From Alphaproteobacteria bacterium (GTDB lineage: Bacteria; Pseudomonadota; Alphaproteobacteria; Micavibrionales; UBA2020): a DNA stretch of 64,000 nt. Each line of letters begins with the position of its first letter. Positions within the stretch are counted from its first letter, which is position 1. A program made the position numbers and the translations under genes. This document shows positions 9,213 to 20,730 of the stretch, piece after piece. Where the stretch lies: the NCBI GenBank assembly GCA_016124645.1, contig WGNE01000031.1:59557-123556 (forward strand), written 5' to 3'. Below the pieces are notes generated by a model that ran no database searches, was not told the DNA's origin, and worked only from the letters and a program-made list of their open reading frames with translations.

Positions 9213-10811
9213 TCATTTGCCGAGACGCGGCGGGCCTTTTTTATTCTGCGCCTTTTTCAGCAGCTCGCGGTAATTGATCTCCGCCGCGATGCCGCCGAGA
9301 TCGACGCCCTTGCGCAGGTCTTCGGGCAGCTGGCGATAGGCCTCCAGCAATTCGTCCTTGCGGTCGGCCCAGAAATCCGTGCTGAAGAACTGCTGCAGCG
9401 TGTCGTTGCGCAGCAAGAGGGCCAGCACCGTATCGACCCTGTCGTCGGGGTGGAAAAGATCCTGCGCGGTCAGGCGCGGCTGCGCGCCGCCCTTGGCCCC
9501 GCGCACGATATCGGCGAAATGCCCGGTCTGCGCGGCCAGCATCAGCCCCGTATCGCCCGAGCTTCCCTTGCGCGTGCGCAGGTCGTCGAGCGAATAATCG
9601 CCGGTGAAGGCCGCGCCGAATTCCTCGCCCTTGACGCGGGCGTATTTTTTTTGCGCGACGACGACGCCCGCGGCCATGGCTTCGAGCATCTCCGGCCTTT
9701 CGCGCCGCTTGGCGACTTCCATCGCCTCGTTCTGCAGGTAGGCGGGGTCCGCCCCGCCCTCGGCGAGCAGGACGACGCTGCGCAGGTGGCCCGCGCTGAC
9801 CGCTTCGGAAAGCGGGGTTTCGCGGTGCTCGTGCACGTTGGGGTTCGCGCCGTCGGCCAGCAGGAATTCGATGGCCTTGTTCTCCCCGCGCCAAGCGGCG
9901 GCGCGCAATGCGCGGCCGTGGTCGGTGTTCACGTCGGCGCCGGCGTCGAGCAGCATTTTCGCCGCCACGAAATGCTCGTTGCGCACGGCTTCGGAAAAGG
10001 CCTTGCTCTTGGCCTCCCCGGGCGCCTTGTCGCCGACCTTGTCCAGCAAGAGCTTCAGCGTGTCCTGCGCTTCGTCATTCGCCGCTTTCTCGAGAACCCC
10101 GTAATCGTCCAGCGCGGGGTCCGCGCCCTTCTTCAGCAGGAACTCGACCAGTTTGACATGGTTGCCCCGCGCCGCTTCGTTGAGGGGCTCGCCATCGTCC
10201 GCGTTGATGTCCGCGCCCGCCTTGAGCAGGCGTTTGACGACTTCGAGGTGCCCGTTCTCGCAGGCGTCGCGCAGCGCGCGGTGGTCCCAGGCATCGACCT
10301 TCGCGCCTTTTTCGAGCAGGTATTCCACGACGTCGAGATGGCCGCCGCGCGCGGCGGAGCGCAGCAGCTCCTCGTTGTAATGGTGGATGTCCGCGCCGTA
10401 GTCCTCGATCAGCACGGTCAGCACGTCGAGCCTTCCCGCGGCCGCGGCCTTGTCGGCGAGACGGTCCTTCGCGTAGCTGTCCTTCCAGTTGTCGCTTTTC
10501 GCCGCGAGGCGCATCAGCATTTCCGTCCGGTTGTGCTCGATCGCCAGCTCCATGAGGTCGGTCGGGTTGCGCAGGTCGAGCTCGAGCTGCAAGAGCAGGT
10601 CGAAACGCCAGGCGTTGCCCGTCTCGATGGCTTTTTGCAGGTCTTCCTCCAGCTCCGCCGTCGATTTGTCGCGCAGGAAGATGCGCCAGTGCTGGTCGGC
10701 CAGCGTCGGCTTGTAGGCCGGGGCGTTCTGGTTGGCGGGCGCGGCGGGTTTGCGGGACGCGCGGGGGGTCTTGTCGCTGTTCAGATTGTCTGACATCGGC
10801 ATCGGGCTCAT
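9213..10811 (-). CDS. ankyrin repeat protein (many canonical ANK) with conserved C-terminal module (member D)
   Basis: Canonical repeats (LRSAARGGHLDVVEYLLEKGAKVDA, ALRDACENGHLEVVKRLLKAGADINA ...). C-terminal GDTGLMLAA...LTAQDL...W module. Tail KKGPPRLGK. Confidence 0.9.
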   Translation of the reverse strand: MSPMPMSDNLNSDKTPRASRKPAAPANQNAPAYKPTLADQHWRIFLRDKSTAELEEDLQKAIETGNAWRFDLLLQLELDLRNPTDLMELAIEHNRTEMLMRLAAKSDNWKDSYAKDRLADKAAAAGRLDVLTVLIEDYGADIHHYNEELLRSAARGGHLDVVEYLLEKGAKVDAWDHRALRDACENGHLEVVKRLLKAGADINADDGEPLNEAARGNHVKLVEFLLKKGADPALDDYGVLEKAANDEAQDTLKLLLDKVGDKAPGEAKSKAFSEAVRNEHFVAAKMLLDAGADVNTDHGRALRAAAWRGENKAIEFLLADGANPNVHEHRETPLSEAVSAGHLRSVVLLAEGGADPAYLQNEAMEVAKRRERPEMLEAMAAGVVVAQKKYARVKGEEFGAAFTGDYSLDDLRTRKGSSGDTGLMLAAQTGHFADIVRGAKGGAQPRLTAQDLFHPDDRVDTVLALLLRNDTLQQFFSTDFWADRKDELLEAYRQLPEDLRKGVDLGGIAAEINYRELLKKAQNKKGPPRLGK

Positions 10812-11025
10812 TTGTTTCTGTTAAAGGTGAATCAGTTTGGCACGCCGGGGGCCGTCATGCAAGAGAGCGGGAGCCCATAATCAGGGCTTCGCCGCATTTT
10901 ATGGTTATGTCAACCAGCCTCTTCCGCCGGCGTGGCGCGCGGCGTTTCACAGCGTTATTTCATTGGCGGCGCGAAAGGGGTACAATGGCATGAAAAATCA
11001 CGGCTAACCGGAGGCTCCCCATCCC

Positions 11026-11244
11026 ATGAACAAATCGGAAATCATCCGCCTGCAAAAATACCTGCAGGAAAAATTCGCCAACAAGAACCTGCACCTGAAC
11101 GAACGCAAGGAAGCGAAGGATTCGGTCGAGGTCACCCTTGGCGGGGAGTTCATCGGCGTCATCTACCGCGACGAGGACGACGGCGATATTTCCTATGATT
11201 TCAACATGGCCATCCTGGAAATGGACCTGCCGCCCGCCGCCTGA
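11026..11244 (+). CDS. DUF3126-like small conserved alphaproteobacterial protein
   Basis: 72 aa. The pattern ...LQKYL...F......DSVEV.LGGEFIGVIYRDEDDG..SY.F.MAILE.DL matches my recollection of DUF3126. Confidence 0.65.
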   Translation: MNKSEIIRLQKYLQEKFANKNLHLNERKEAKDSVEVTLGGEFIGVIYRDEDDGDISYDFNMAILEMDLPPAA

Positions 11245-11314
11245 CGCCCGCCCGGACGCGCCGGACGGGCACCCGTCCCAAGGCCCGTCCCGAAAGGCCT
11301 GAAGAAAGAGCCCC

Positions 11315-12544
11315 ATGAAGATCTACGGCAAAAGCTTCAAGGAAATATTCTCCGACGTTCCATGGATGTATCAAGTCGTGCTGGTCGTCGGCGCGGCCTT
11401 CATCCTCTTTTCCATCGTCAATACCGTCTATGTCTTCTATACGTTCTCCGAAAGGCTGGCGCCGCAACAAGAGCCGCCGCGGGTGATCGCCATCAGCGGC
11501 GCGGGCGCGGACGGCGGCCTGCTCGACCCCGCCATCGCATCGAACGGGCGCATACAGGCGATGGCCGTCACCGACATGAAGCAGCCCGACTTCGTGCTGC
11601 CGGGGAACCCCAAGCACCTTTTCAACACGATCATGGCCATCGGCATCGACAAATGCGACAAATGGGCGCCGGTCGGCGCGCCGGTCTTCAAGGGCGCGTC
11701 GGACGTGCTGGTCGGGCCGGACAGCACCACGCCGTTTCCCGCCGGCACCTGGCGCTACGAGACGCCGGGCCTCGCCTACGACCCCGACGACAAGGGCCGG
11801 GAATGGAAGCTCTTCGCCTATAAATACTATTCCAACAACACGCCTTCGCTCTCCCCGCTTTACAGCGCCATCGTCTATAAATACGCGCCCGACCCGCACG
11901 GGCCGTGGTCGGACGAGCAATGGATACTTTCCGCCGCGCCGGACAAGCCGCCCCAGCCCTATGCCGGCCTCGTGCGCCAGTACATCAGCCGGATGGACCC
12001 CGCCGTCAGCAACCTCTACAGCTTCAGCCGCCCCAGCGTCGTCTATAGCAAAGGCGTGCTGTTCATGAGCCTCAGCGCCTTCCAGCGGGGCTTTTCCCTG
12101 CCCGTGGGCATCATCCTGCTGGCTTCGACCGACCACGGAAAAAGCTGGCAGTACATCAACACGCTGCTAACCATGAAGGATGCGAAAGATCTCGGCGATT
12201 ACACCATCGGCGGCGGCAGCCTGTTCATGCACGACGGCAAAATGTACATGGCCGTCGTCTTCGGCGACGCCGCGAGCGCGGGGCTGGGCTCCTTCATCAT
12301 CCCCGTCGCCGACCCCGTGAAAGGCCAGCTGGAACGCGACGAAAAAACAGGCCTGCCGGTTATCGCAAACAAGCTCGGCCTCCACACCGCGGCCAAGAAC
12401 CCGCGCGGCGGCGGCTATCTCGCCTATACCGACGACTGCAAAAAAGCGGGCGTCGTCGAATCCGAATATTCCGGCAACTTCCGCAAGCACGTGCTGTTCA
12501 AGACCTATCTCGGGCCGTTGCAGAAGATAGAAAAGAAAAACTGA
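11315..12544 (+). CDS. membrane-anchored protein with BNR/Asp-box (sialidase-like beta-propeller candidate)
   Basis: N-terminal TM helix (VVLVVGAAFILFSIVNTVYVFY). Asp-box-like STDHGKSW. Confidence 0.55.
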   Translation: MKIYGKSFKEIFSDVPWMYQVVLVVGAAFILFSIVNTVYVFYTFSERLAPQQEPPRVIAISGAGADGGLLDPAIASNGRIQAMAVTDMKQPDFVLPGNPKHLFNTIMAIGIDKCDKWAPVGAPVFKGASDVLVGPDSTTPFPAGTWRYETPGLAYDPDDKGREWKLFAYKYYSNNTPSLSPLYSAIVYKYAPDPHGPWSDEQWILSAAPDKPPQPYAGLVRQYISRMDPAVSNLYSFSRPSVVYSKGVLFMSLSAFQRGFSLPVGIILLASTDHGKSWQYINTLLTMKDAKDLGDYTIGGGSLFMHDGKMYMAVVFGDAASAGLGSFIIPVADPVKGQLERDEKTGLPVIANKLGLHTAAKNPRGGGYLAYTDDCKKAGVVESEYSGNFRKHVLFKTYLGPLQKIEKKN

Positions 12545-12717
12545 AGACCCAGAAAAATCCGCACAGCTGTCCCCGCCCGTTCTTGTACGAAAATTTCTTT
12601 TTCGCGCGCGCGGCGTTTTTCCGGGCAATTGCCGCTGGCATCGCCCTTCCTTCTTCGCTATGATTTCCCCGCATCATAAAAAAACATCGACGCGAAGTAT
12701 TCAGGGAGACAGCATCA

Positions 12718-13338
12718 ATGGCCTCGCTCTATTTCAAATATGCCGCCATGAACTCGGGCAAGTCCACGCAGCTCCTGCAGGCTCAATACAATTATTTCGA
12801 GCGCGGGATGAACCCCGTCGCCATGACGGCGCAGATCGACGACCGCGCGGGCGCGGGCAAGATCGCCTCGCGCCTCGGGCTCTACCACCCGGCGGACGTC
12901 TTCGACGAGAACACCGACATCTGCGCCTATGTCGAGGACCTGCACAAGGACAAGCCCGTCGATATTGTCTTCATCGACGAGGCGCAGTTCCTGACCGAGG
13001 CGCAGGTGGAGCAATGCGCGCGGCTGGTGGATGATTTCGACATTCCCGTCATCTGCTACGGGCTGAAGACCGATTTCCGCGGCAAGCTTTTCCCCGGCTC
13101 GGAAGCGCTGCTGCGCCTCGCCGACAACATCGAAGAGATCAAGGCGATCTGCTGGTGCGGCAAGAAGGCGACCATGACGGCGCGCATCACCCCCAAGGGC
13201 GAGGTCATGCGCGAAGGCCAGCAAGTCGCCATCGGCGGCAACGAGATGTACACGGCCCTGTGCCGCAAGCATTTCATGAGCGGGGAGGCCAAGGCCATGC
13301 CCGCCACGCAATCCGACGACAAGAAATCCGCCGCCTGA
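12718..13338 (+). CDS. tdk: thymidine kinase
   Basis: P-loop MNSGKST. FIDEAQF. C-terminal zinc-ribbon cysteines (CWCGKKA...ALCRKH). Confidence 0.9.
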   Translation: MASLYFKYAAMNSGKSTQLLQAQYNYFERGMNPVAMTAQIDDRAGAGKIASRLGLYHPADVFDENTDICAYVEDLHKDKPVDIVFIDEAQFLTEAQVEQCARLVDDFDIPVICYGLKTDFRGKLFPGSEALLRLADNIEEIKAICWCGKKATMTARITPKGEVMREGQQVAIGGNEMYTALCRKHFMSGEAKAMPATQSDDKKSAA

Positions 13339-13369
13339 TTTTCGCCGGCCGGATTTTAACTGACTGGAT

Positions 13370-13957
13370 TTAAATGGCCTGCCGTGAAGCATCGAAGCGC
13401 TTCACGCGCTCTATCTGCAGCAAAAGCCGCAGGGCCTTTATGGCCAGCGCCTTTTCCGTCAGGAAGGGCGTGACGAAAATCGCGCCGCCCGCCATCAGCA
13501 AAAACGCGGGAACGCCCAATGCGCCCCAGTCCGGCGGCGCGCCGCCCTGCTGCGGCGCGGCCGTCATGGCCATGACGCCCTGCACCCCCATGTAAAGCGC
13601 GAAGAGGAAATAGGCATAGACCGCAAGCCGCGCGGGCGGCGCGAAAGCGATGCGCAGCGTCACGCGGCTGCCGGTCCCCGCCCGTTTCGATCCCGGCTCC
13701 GCCCCCGCGTCCATGCCGCGCGTCACGCGACCGCGCACCAGCGGCATGAAAAAGCGGCGGCGGGCGACGCGCATCATCCAGAAACCCCCTTCGCCGGCGA
13801 CGCGGCCCTCGTAGATCAGCGAGCCGCGCGGCGGCAGGGCTTTTTCCAACAGCCCGCGCGGCGGGCGCAGGTGGGCAAGAAGAAGCCCGCCTATTTCTTC
13901 CGGCGACAGCGGGGAGGTGAAGACGAGGGGGCGCGGGGAAAACAGTCCTTCGAACAT
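13370..13957 (-). CDS. hypothetical membrane protein (paralog of 13970..14548)
   Basis: Soluble N-domain followed by 2-3 TM helices. Same architecture as the upstream neighbour, 12-nt gap. Confidence 0.5.
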   Translation of the reverse strand: MFEGLFSPRPLVFTSPLSPEEIGGLLLAHLRPPRGLLEKALPPRGSLIYEGRVAGEGGFWMMRVARRRFFMPLVRGRVTRGMDAGAEPGSKRAGTGSRVTLRIAFAPPARLAVYAYFLFALYMGVQGVMAMTAAPQQGGAPPDWGALGVPAFLLMAGGAIFVTPFLTEKALAIKALRLLLQIERVKRFDASRQAI

Positions 13958-13969
13958 GTTTTTCTTCGC

Positions 13970-14548
13970 CTAGATCGCACGGTCCGCGACGGGCTCGGCC
14001 TCGATTTGCGCCCCGAAAACCTCTTTCAGGAATTCCGTTGCCCGCCGCGCCTCGCCGCGAAAGCCGATTTGCGGCAGGGCGAGGCCGAAGACGAGCATGA
14101 CCAGCGGCACGATGACGGCGGGCAGCGGCGGCGGCCCGGCATGATGCGCCGCGCCGCTTCCCATGCGGCTGCCCATCTTCTGCACGAAGGAGGGATCGAC
14201 ATAGGCCGCCAGCACCCCCGCGCCAGCAAGGCCGACGAAGAACAGCCAGAAGGACAGAAAAACCCGCACGCCGAGATTGGTGCCCATCCTCACGTGGATG
14301 CGGCTGGGCGGGCCTTCCCCGCCCCTGATCTCGCCTTCGACGACGGGCAGGAAACTGTTTTGGTAGTTGATGTCGCGGTAGAACCTGAAATGCCCGTTCG
14401 AAAGCGTGCCGGTGAAGCCGCCCCCGCCCGGGCGCATGATCATGCTCTTCCAGTCGCGTTTAGGCTGCAGCCGCGCGCGCAGCGCCTCTTCCGCCTGTGC
14501 GGGATAAAGCTCCGATGACATGATGAAGCGGCGGGAGGGGAAAATCAT
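13970..14548 (-). CDS. hypothetical membrane protein (paralog of 13370..13957)
   Basis: AAAGGAGAG RBS 6-7 nt upstream of the ATG at 14548. TM helices in the C-half. Confidence 0.55.
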   Translation of the reverse strand: MIFPSRRFIMSSELYPAQAEEALRARLQPKRDWKSMIMRPGGGGFTGTLSNGHFRFYRDINYQNSFLPVVEGEIRGGEGPPSRIHVRMGTNLGVRVFLSFWLFFVGLAGAGVLAAYVDPSFVQKMGSRMGSGAAHHAGPPPLPAVIVPLVMLVFGLALPQIGFRGEARRATEFLKEVFGAQIEAEPVADRAI

Positions 14549-14635
14549 CTTGTCTCTCCTTTCACTTCAGCTGCGGCGGCAGGGTTTATACGTCGAGGCT
14601 GGAAACCCCTTTAGACATCGAGGTCGGAAACCAAG

Positions 14636-17170
<2,535 letters not shown>

Positions 17171-17385
17171 TTAAAAAATCAATATTTTAGACCCGAAAAA
17201 CAGGCGCCGAAAAGCCCAGCTATATCAAGCGCATCCGCTTTGACGGAATCACCCGTCTTTTAACGTAACTTTAAAATATTCCTGCAAATCCGGGTGCGAC
17301 GGAAAACACCCTTTTTCTTCGCCGTCATTTGTCGTATTTTGCGCGCAACGGAACATTATGAACATTTAATTGAAGGGATTTTTTC

Positions 17386-17694
17386 ATGAAACCGCATGAC
17401 GTCAGCAGCATTTTCAACAAATTCGCCGGCCGCGAAGTGCCGATGACGGAAACCGAGCGCAAGATGACCATCGGCGGCAAGGAATACAGCTTCAACGAAG
17501 TGCGCCCCGCCGACCAGAACGACCCCGTGCTGGGCGAAATGCGCGACGAGGCGAAAAAGCACGGCCTGTCGCTGCGCGTGTGGTGGGAAGGCATCATGGG
17601 CACGATGGACTACCGCACGGACCGCGTGAACGCCCATATCGAAAAAGGCAACGACGGCAAATGGCGCGTCGGCCAGCGTTTCAACATCGGCTGA
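17386..17694 (+). CDS. small protein, peptidase-inhibitor I78-like C-terminus
   Basis: GAAGGG RBS. C-terminal ...LRVWWEGIMGTMDYRTDRVNAHIEKGNDGKWRVGQRFNIG resembles the I78 pattern (T.DYR.DRLN...D..G.I). Confidence 0.45.
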   Translation: MKPHDVSSIFNKFAGREVPMTETERKMTIGGKEYSFNEVRPADQNDPVLGEMRDEAKKHGLSLRVWWEGIMGTMDYRTDRVNAHIEKGNDGKWRVGQRFNIG

Positions 17695-17732
17695 TCAAAG
17701 CCGGCTGATCGAAGACCGCCGCTTTTTTAAAA

Positions 17733-17762
17733 GCCCCGCCCGTAAAACGGCGGGGTCTTTTA
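17733..17762. terminator. bidirectional rho-independent terminator between convergent genes
   Basis: CCCCGCCG-taaaa-CGGCGGGG stem with T-runs on both strands. Confidence 0.6.
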
Positions 17763-17763
17763 T

Positions 17764-18696
17764 TCAGTGCGCCGTCATCAGGACCAATAAGAGCGCGCAG
17801 AAAACCACGCCCATGCCCGAAGCGACGTCCGCTTCCTCCCGGAATTTCACGAAGCGGTAGAACAGCGCGATGAAGACCGGGGAGGTCAGCGCGATCGCGC
17901 CCACATAAGAAGGATTGGGCGTGAAGGCCATGGCGTAGTTCTTGTAAGTCATGGAGCAGATCCAGAGCAGCGCGGCCAGAAGCGCGGCCATGGCCATCCT
18001 GCGGTTCGCCCAGCTTTCGCGCGCTTCGCCTTTTTCGGCGAGTTTCGCGAGGGCCGAGGCCCGCTCCCGCCAGAGCACGTAGCCGCCGACGGCGAAAACG
18101 GCGAAGAAAGACTGCACGTAGATATAGCCGAAGACGGCGCCTTCCAGCTGGCCGCGTCCCATGGCGAACTTGTTGAGTGTGGCGGTCGCCGTATAGCCCG
18201 CCAGCGCAGGCAGCATGGCGACGAGGGCGCGGCGCGTCACCACGCAGCGGTTGAGCCGCATGGCGAAGAACACGCAGCCGCAAAGCGCGATCAAAATCCC
18301 CGCCGTGTTCAGCGGATGCGCTGCGTATTGCGAGAGCAGCGCGGGATCGAAAAGGAACCAGAGGAAGAACGCGCCGATGACCGTCACCGGCTGCACGCGC
18401 GCGGTCACGCCGCCGCCGTAGGCCGCGCTGACGTTGAGCGTGCGGATATCGGCGAAGGTGCCCCCCAGCACGGTGACAAAGACGGTGAGGTAGAACACGG
18501 GGTCGCGCGGCAGCAAAATCTCGTGAATGAGCGGGCTCAGGAAAATCACCACCAGCACCCGCATCCAGAACACCAGAAGGTGCCCCGGCTGTTTCAGGTA
18601 CTGGTTGACGAGGTAGAAGCCCCCCGTGAAGATCGCGGTGAAAAGGGCGAAAAGCGCCCAGCCGCCCCCCGCCATGAAGCCGTGGAAATCCGTCAC
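17764..18696 (-). CDS. polytopic membrane protein, DMT/EamA-like transporter candidate
   Basis: About 10 predicted TM helices in 310 aa. 4-nt overlap with the recF stop. Confidence 0.5.
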   Translation of the reverse strand: MTDFHGFMAGGGWALFALFTAIFTGGFYLVNQYLKQPGHLLVFWMRVLVVIFLSPLIHEILLPRDPVFYLTVFVTVLGGTFADIRTLNVSAAYGGGVTARVQPVTVIGAFFLWFLFDPALLSQYAAHPLNTAGILIALCGCVFFAMRLNRCVVTRRALVAMLPALAGYTATATLNKFAMGRGQLEGAVFGYIYVQSFFAVFAVGGYVLWRERASALAKLAEKGEARESWANRRMAMAALLAALLWICSMTYKNYAMAFTPNPSYVGAIALTSPVFIALFYRFVKFREEADVASGMGVVFCALLLVLMTAH

Positions 18697-19889
18697 GACG
18701 CCGCTTCCAGCCCGTTATCGTCATCGCGCGGCTTTTCCGCCTGCACGCGGCTGAAGCCCTGCGCCTGTCGCACGGTGAAGAACCGCGCCTTGCCTTCCAG
18801 CGGCTTAAAGATTTCGACATCCGTTCCCGTCAGCCAGACCTGCCCGCCGAAGGCGACCAGCTGCGCGAAAAGCTGTTCGCGGCGCGCATCGTCGAGATGC
18901 GCCGCGACTTCATCGAGAAGAAGAACGGGCACGAATCCCTTTTCGCCCTGCATCATCAGCGCATGGGCGAGGACGATGGAGATAAGCAGGCCTTTTTGCT
19001 CCCCGGTCGAGCACTGGTCCGCCGGCAAGTCCTTCGCCGCGTAGCGCACGAGAAAATCGCCGCGGTGAATGCCCTCCGACGAACGGCCGGCCACGGCATC
19101 CTTCGCGCGGGCCGCGTGGTAGCGGCGGCGCAGGTCTTCCTCCACCTCCAGCGCGGGTTTTTGCGCGAGGTCTTGTTCCACCTGCCCGGAAACGGAAATC
19201 TGCGGCGCGGGAAACAGCGACTGGCTGGCGGCCAGCCGCGCGATATATGCCTCCATCCGCTCGAGCAGGGAAAGCCGCGCGGCGGCGATGGAAACCGCTT
19301 CCCCCGCGAGCTGCGTTTCCAGCGCGTCGAGCCAGGCGGGGTCCGCCCTTCTGTCTTGCTGCAAAAGCTTCATGCGCTCGCGCAATTTTTTTTCATACCG
19401 GTTGAGGCGCGCGGCGTGCTCGGGCTCGCAGGCATAGACCAGCCGGTCGAAGAATTTGCGCCGCGCCGAGGCGCCCTCGAGAAACAGCCGGTCCATCTGC
19501 GGCGTGAGCCAGAGGACGGACATATGCTCGGACAGCGCGCTCTGGCTGCGCGCGTCCTTGCCGTCGATGCGCACGACGCGCCGCTTGACCCCCTTGTCCA
19601 GCCGGTCGAGCCCGGTGCCGAGGCGCATGGCCTGACCGCCCGCCGTCTCGATCTCCGCGGCCACGGCCCAGAGCTCCTTGGGGCCAGCGGCCCGGTTCTT
19701 GAGGTCCAGCAAGTCGGCCGAGCGCAGCCCCCGGCCGGGGGTCAGCAGGCTGATGGCCTCCAGGACATTGGTTTTTCCGGCGCCGTTGGGGCCCGTCAGG
19801 ACCACGATTCGGGCATCCGTCACGTCCAGACGCAGGGCGTCATAGCCCCGGAACTGGGTCAGATTGAGTTTTTGAAGAAAAAGCGGCAC
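18693..19889 (-). CDS. recF: DNA replication/repair protein RecF
   Basis: N-terminal LNLTQFRGY...LTGPNGAGKTNVLEAISLL. C-terminal signature STGEQKGLLISIVLAHA and LLLDEVAAHLD. Confidence 0.9.
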   Translation of the reverse strand: MPLFLQKLNLTQFRGYDALRLDVTDARIVVLTGPNGAGKTNVLEAISLLTPGRGLRSADLLDLKNRAAGPKELWAVAAEIETAGGQAMRLGTGLDRLDKGVKRRVVRIDGKDARSQSALSEHMSVLWLTPQMDRLFLEGASARRKFFDRLVYACEPEHAARLNRYEKKLRERMKLLQQDRRADPAWLDALETQLAGEAVSIAAARLSLLERMEAYIARLAASQSLFPAPQISVSGQVEQDLAQKPALEVEEDLRRRYHAARAKDAVAGRSSEGIHRGDFLVRYAAKDLPADQCSTGEQKGLLISIVLAHALMMQGEKGFVPVLLLDEVAAHLDDARREQLFAQLVAFGGQVWLTGTDVEIFKPLEGKARFFTVRQAQGFSRVQAEKPRDDDNGLEAAS

Positions 19890-20093
19890 TTTTTTTAACC
19901 CTTGTACCTTTTATAAGGTTTTCAAGGGGAAAAGCCAATTTGAAACATGGCCAAGATAGTAATTCCATAACTTTTTTCTTTCCACCTTCATTATCTTATT
20001 TATCAAAAATTAATTTCTGCTATACTCTCCAGAACCAAGACAATTTATTTACAGAATCATGTGCATCAGCACATATAATCAGGGTGTTACGCA

Positions 20094-20678
20094 ATGGCAG
20101 AAGAACCGAAAGACAAAAAACCGCTGGGTCAGAGCATCCGCGACCTCATCAACCCCGCGCTGGACGACGAACGCCGCGTGGCGATACAGGCCAAGCATCT
20201 CGACAAGATCTTCGACCGCCTCGCCGACCAGCTTCCCCTGATCCTCGAGCGTGATTTCACCAGTTTTTTCAACCATGTTTCCAACGCCAGCCGCAACAAT
20301 CCCGATGTGAAGAACCCCATCATCATCGACGCGCTGACCACCATGGGCGATCCGCAATCCGGCGAGTCGAGCTATTCGCCGATCAAGCGCCTGCAGCTGC
20401 CCATCGTGACCACCTTCACCACTTTCTCGGCGGAAGACATCCGCAACCTGCCCGGCTACATCAAGCTGCATGAAGCGGCGCGCAAGATGGACGTCGCGCT
20501 GAACCTCGCCAATATCACCGCGGAAGACGCGAAGAACGGCATGCCCCCCATTCTCACCATCAACACGATGAAGAGCTATGACGACGGCGCGCTGGAAAAC
20601 TCGATGTTCTACCCGAACCTGCCCCCGCCGCCGGTCAAGTTCGACCGCGACACGCCGCCGGGCAATTTCTCCCTTTAA
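20094..20678 (+). CDS. hypothetical protein inserted between dnaN and recF on the opposite strand
   Basis: 194-aa ORF with coding-like composition. Flanked by a 200-bp AT-rich spacer and a bidirectional terminator. No family recognised. Confidence 0.5.
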   Translation: MAEEPKDKKPLGQSIRDLINPALDDERRVAIQAKHLDKIFDRLADQLPLILERDFTSFFNHVSNASRNNPDVKNPIIIDALTTMGDPQSGESSYSPIKRLQLPIVTTFTTFSAEDIRNLPGYIKLHEAARKMDVALNLANITAEDAKNGMPPILTINTMKSYDDGALENSMFYPNLPPPPVKFDRDTPPGNFSL

Positions 20679-20696
20679 GGATTTTTCTCCAGAACG

Positions 20697-20730
20697 AAAA
20701 AGGGCGGGTTTTGAAACCCGCCCTTTTTGT
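20697..20730. terminator. bidirectional rho-independent terminator (dnaN / 20094 ORF)
   Basis: AGGGCGGGTTT-tgaa-AACCCGCCCT stem with an A-run before and a T-run after. Confidence 0.7.

Noticed and set aside
944-10811. Calling the ANK region a horizontally acquired genomic island or mobile element
   Set aside because: I could not find a flanking tRNA, integrase, transposase or direct repeats, and the base composition looks like the rest of the window. In-situ paralog expansion is the more conservative reading.
10880-10915. GTTATGTCAAC / TTGACA box upstream of the 9213-10811 ANK gene, as a promoter matching the ones at 9157 and 42255
   Set aside because: A -35-like TTGACA is present on the minus strand, but no acceptable -10 hexamer lies at 16-18 nt spacing, so it is not annotated.
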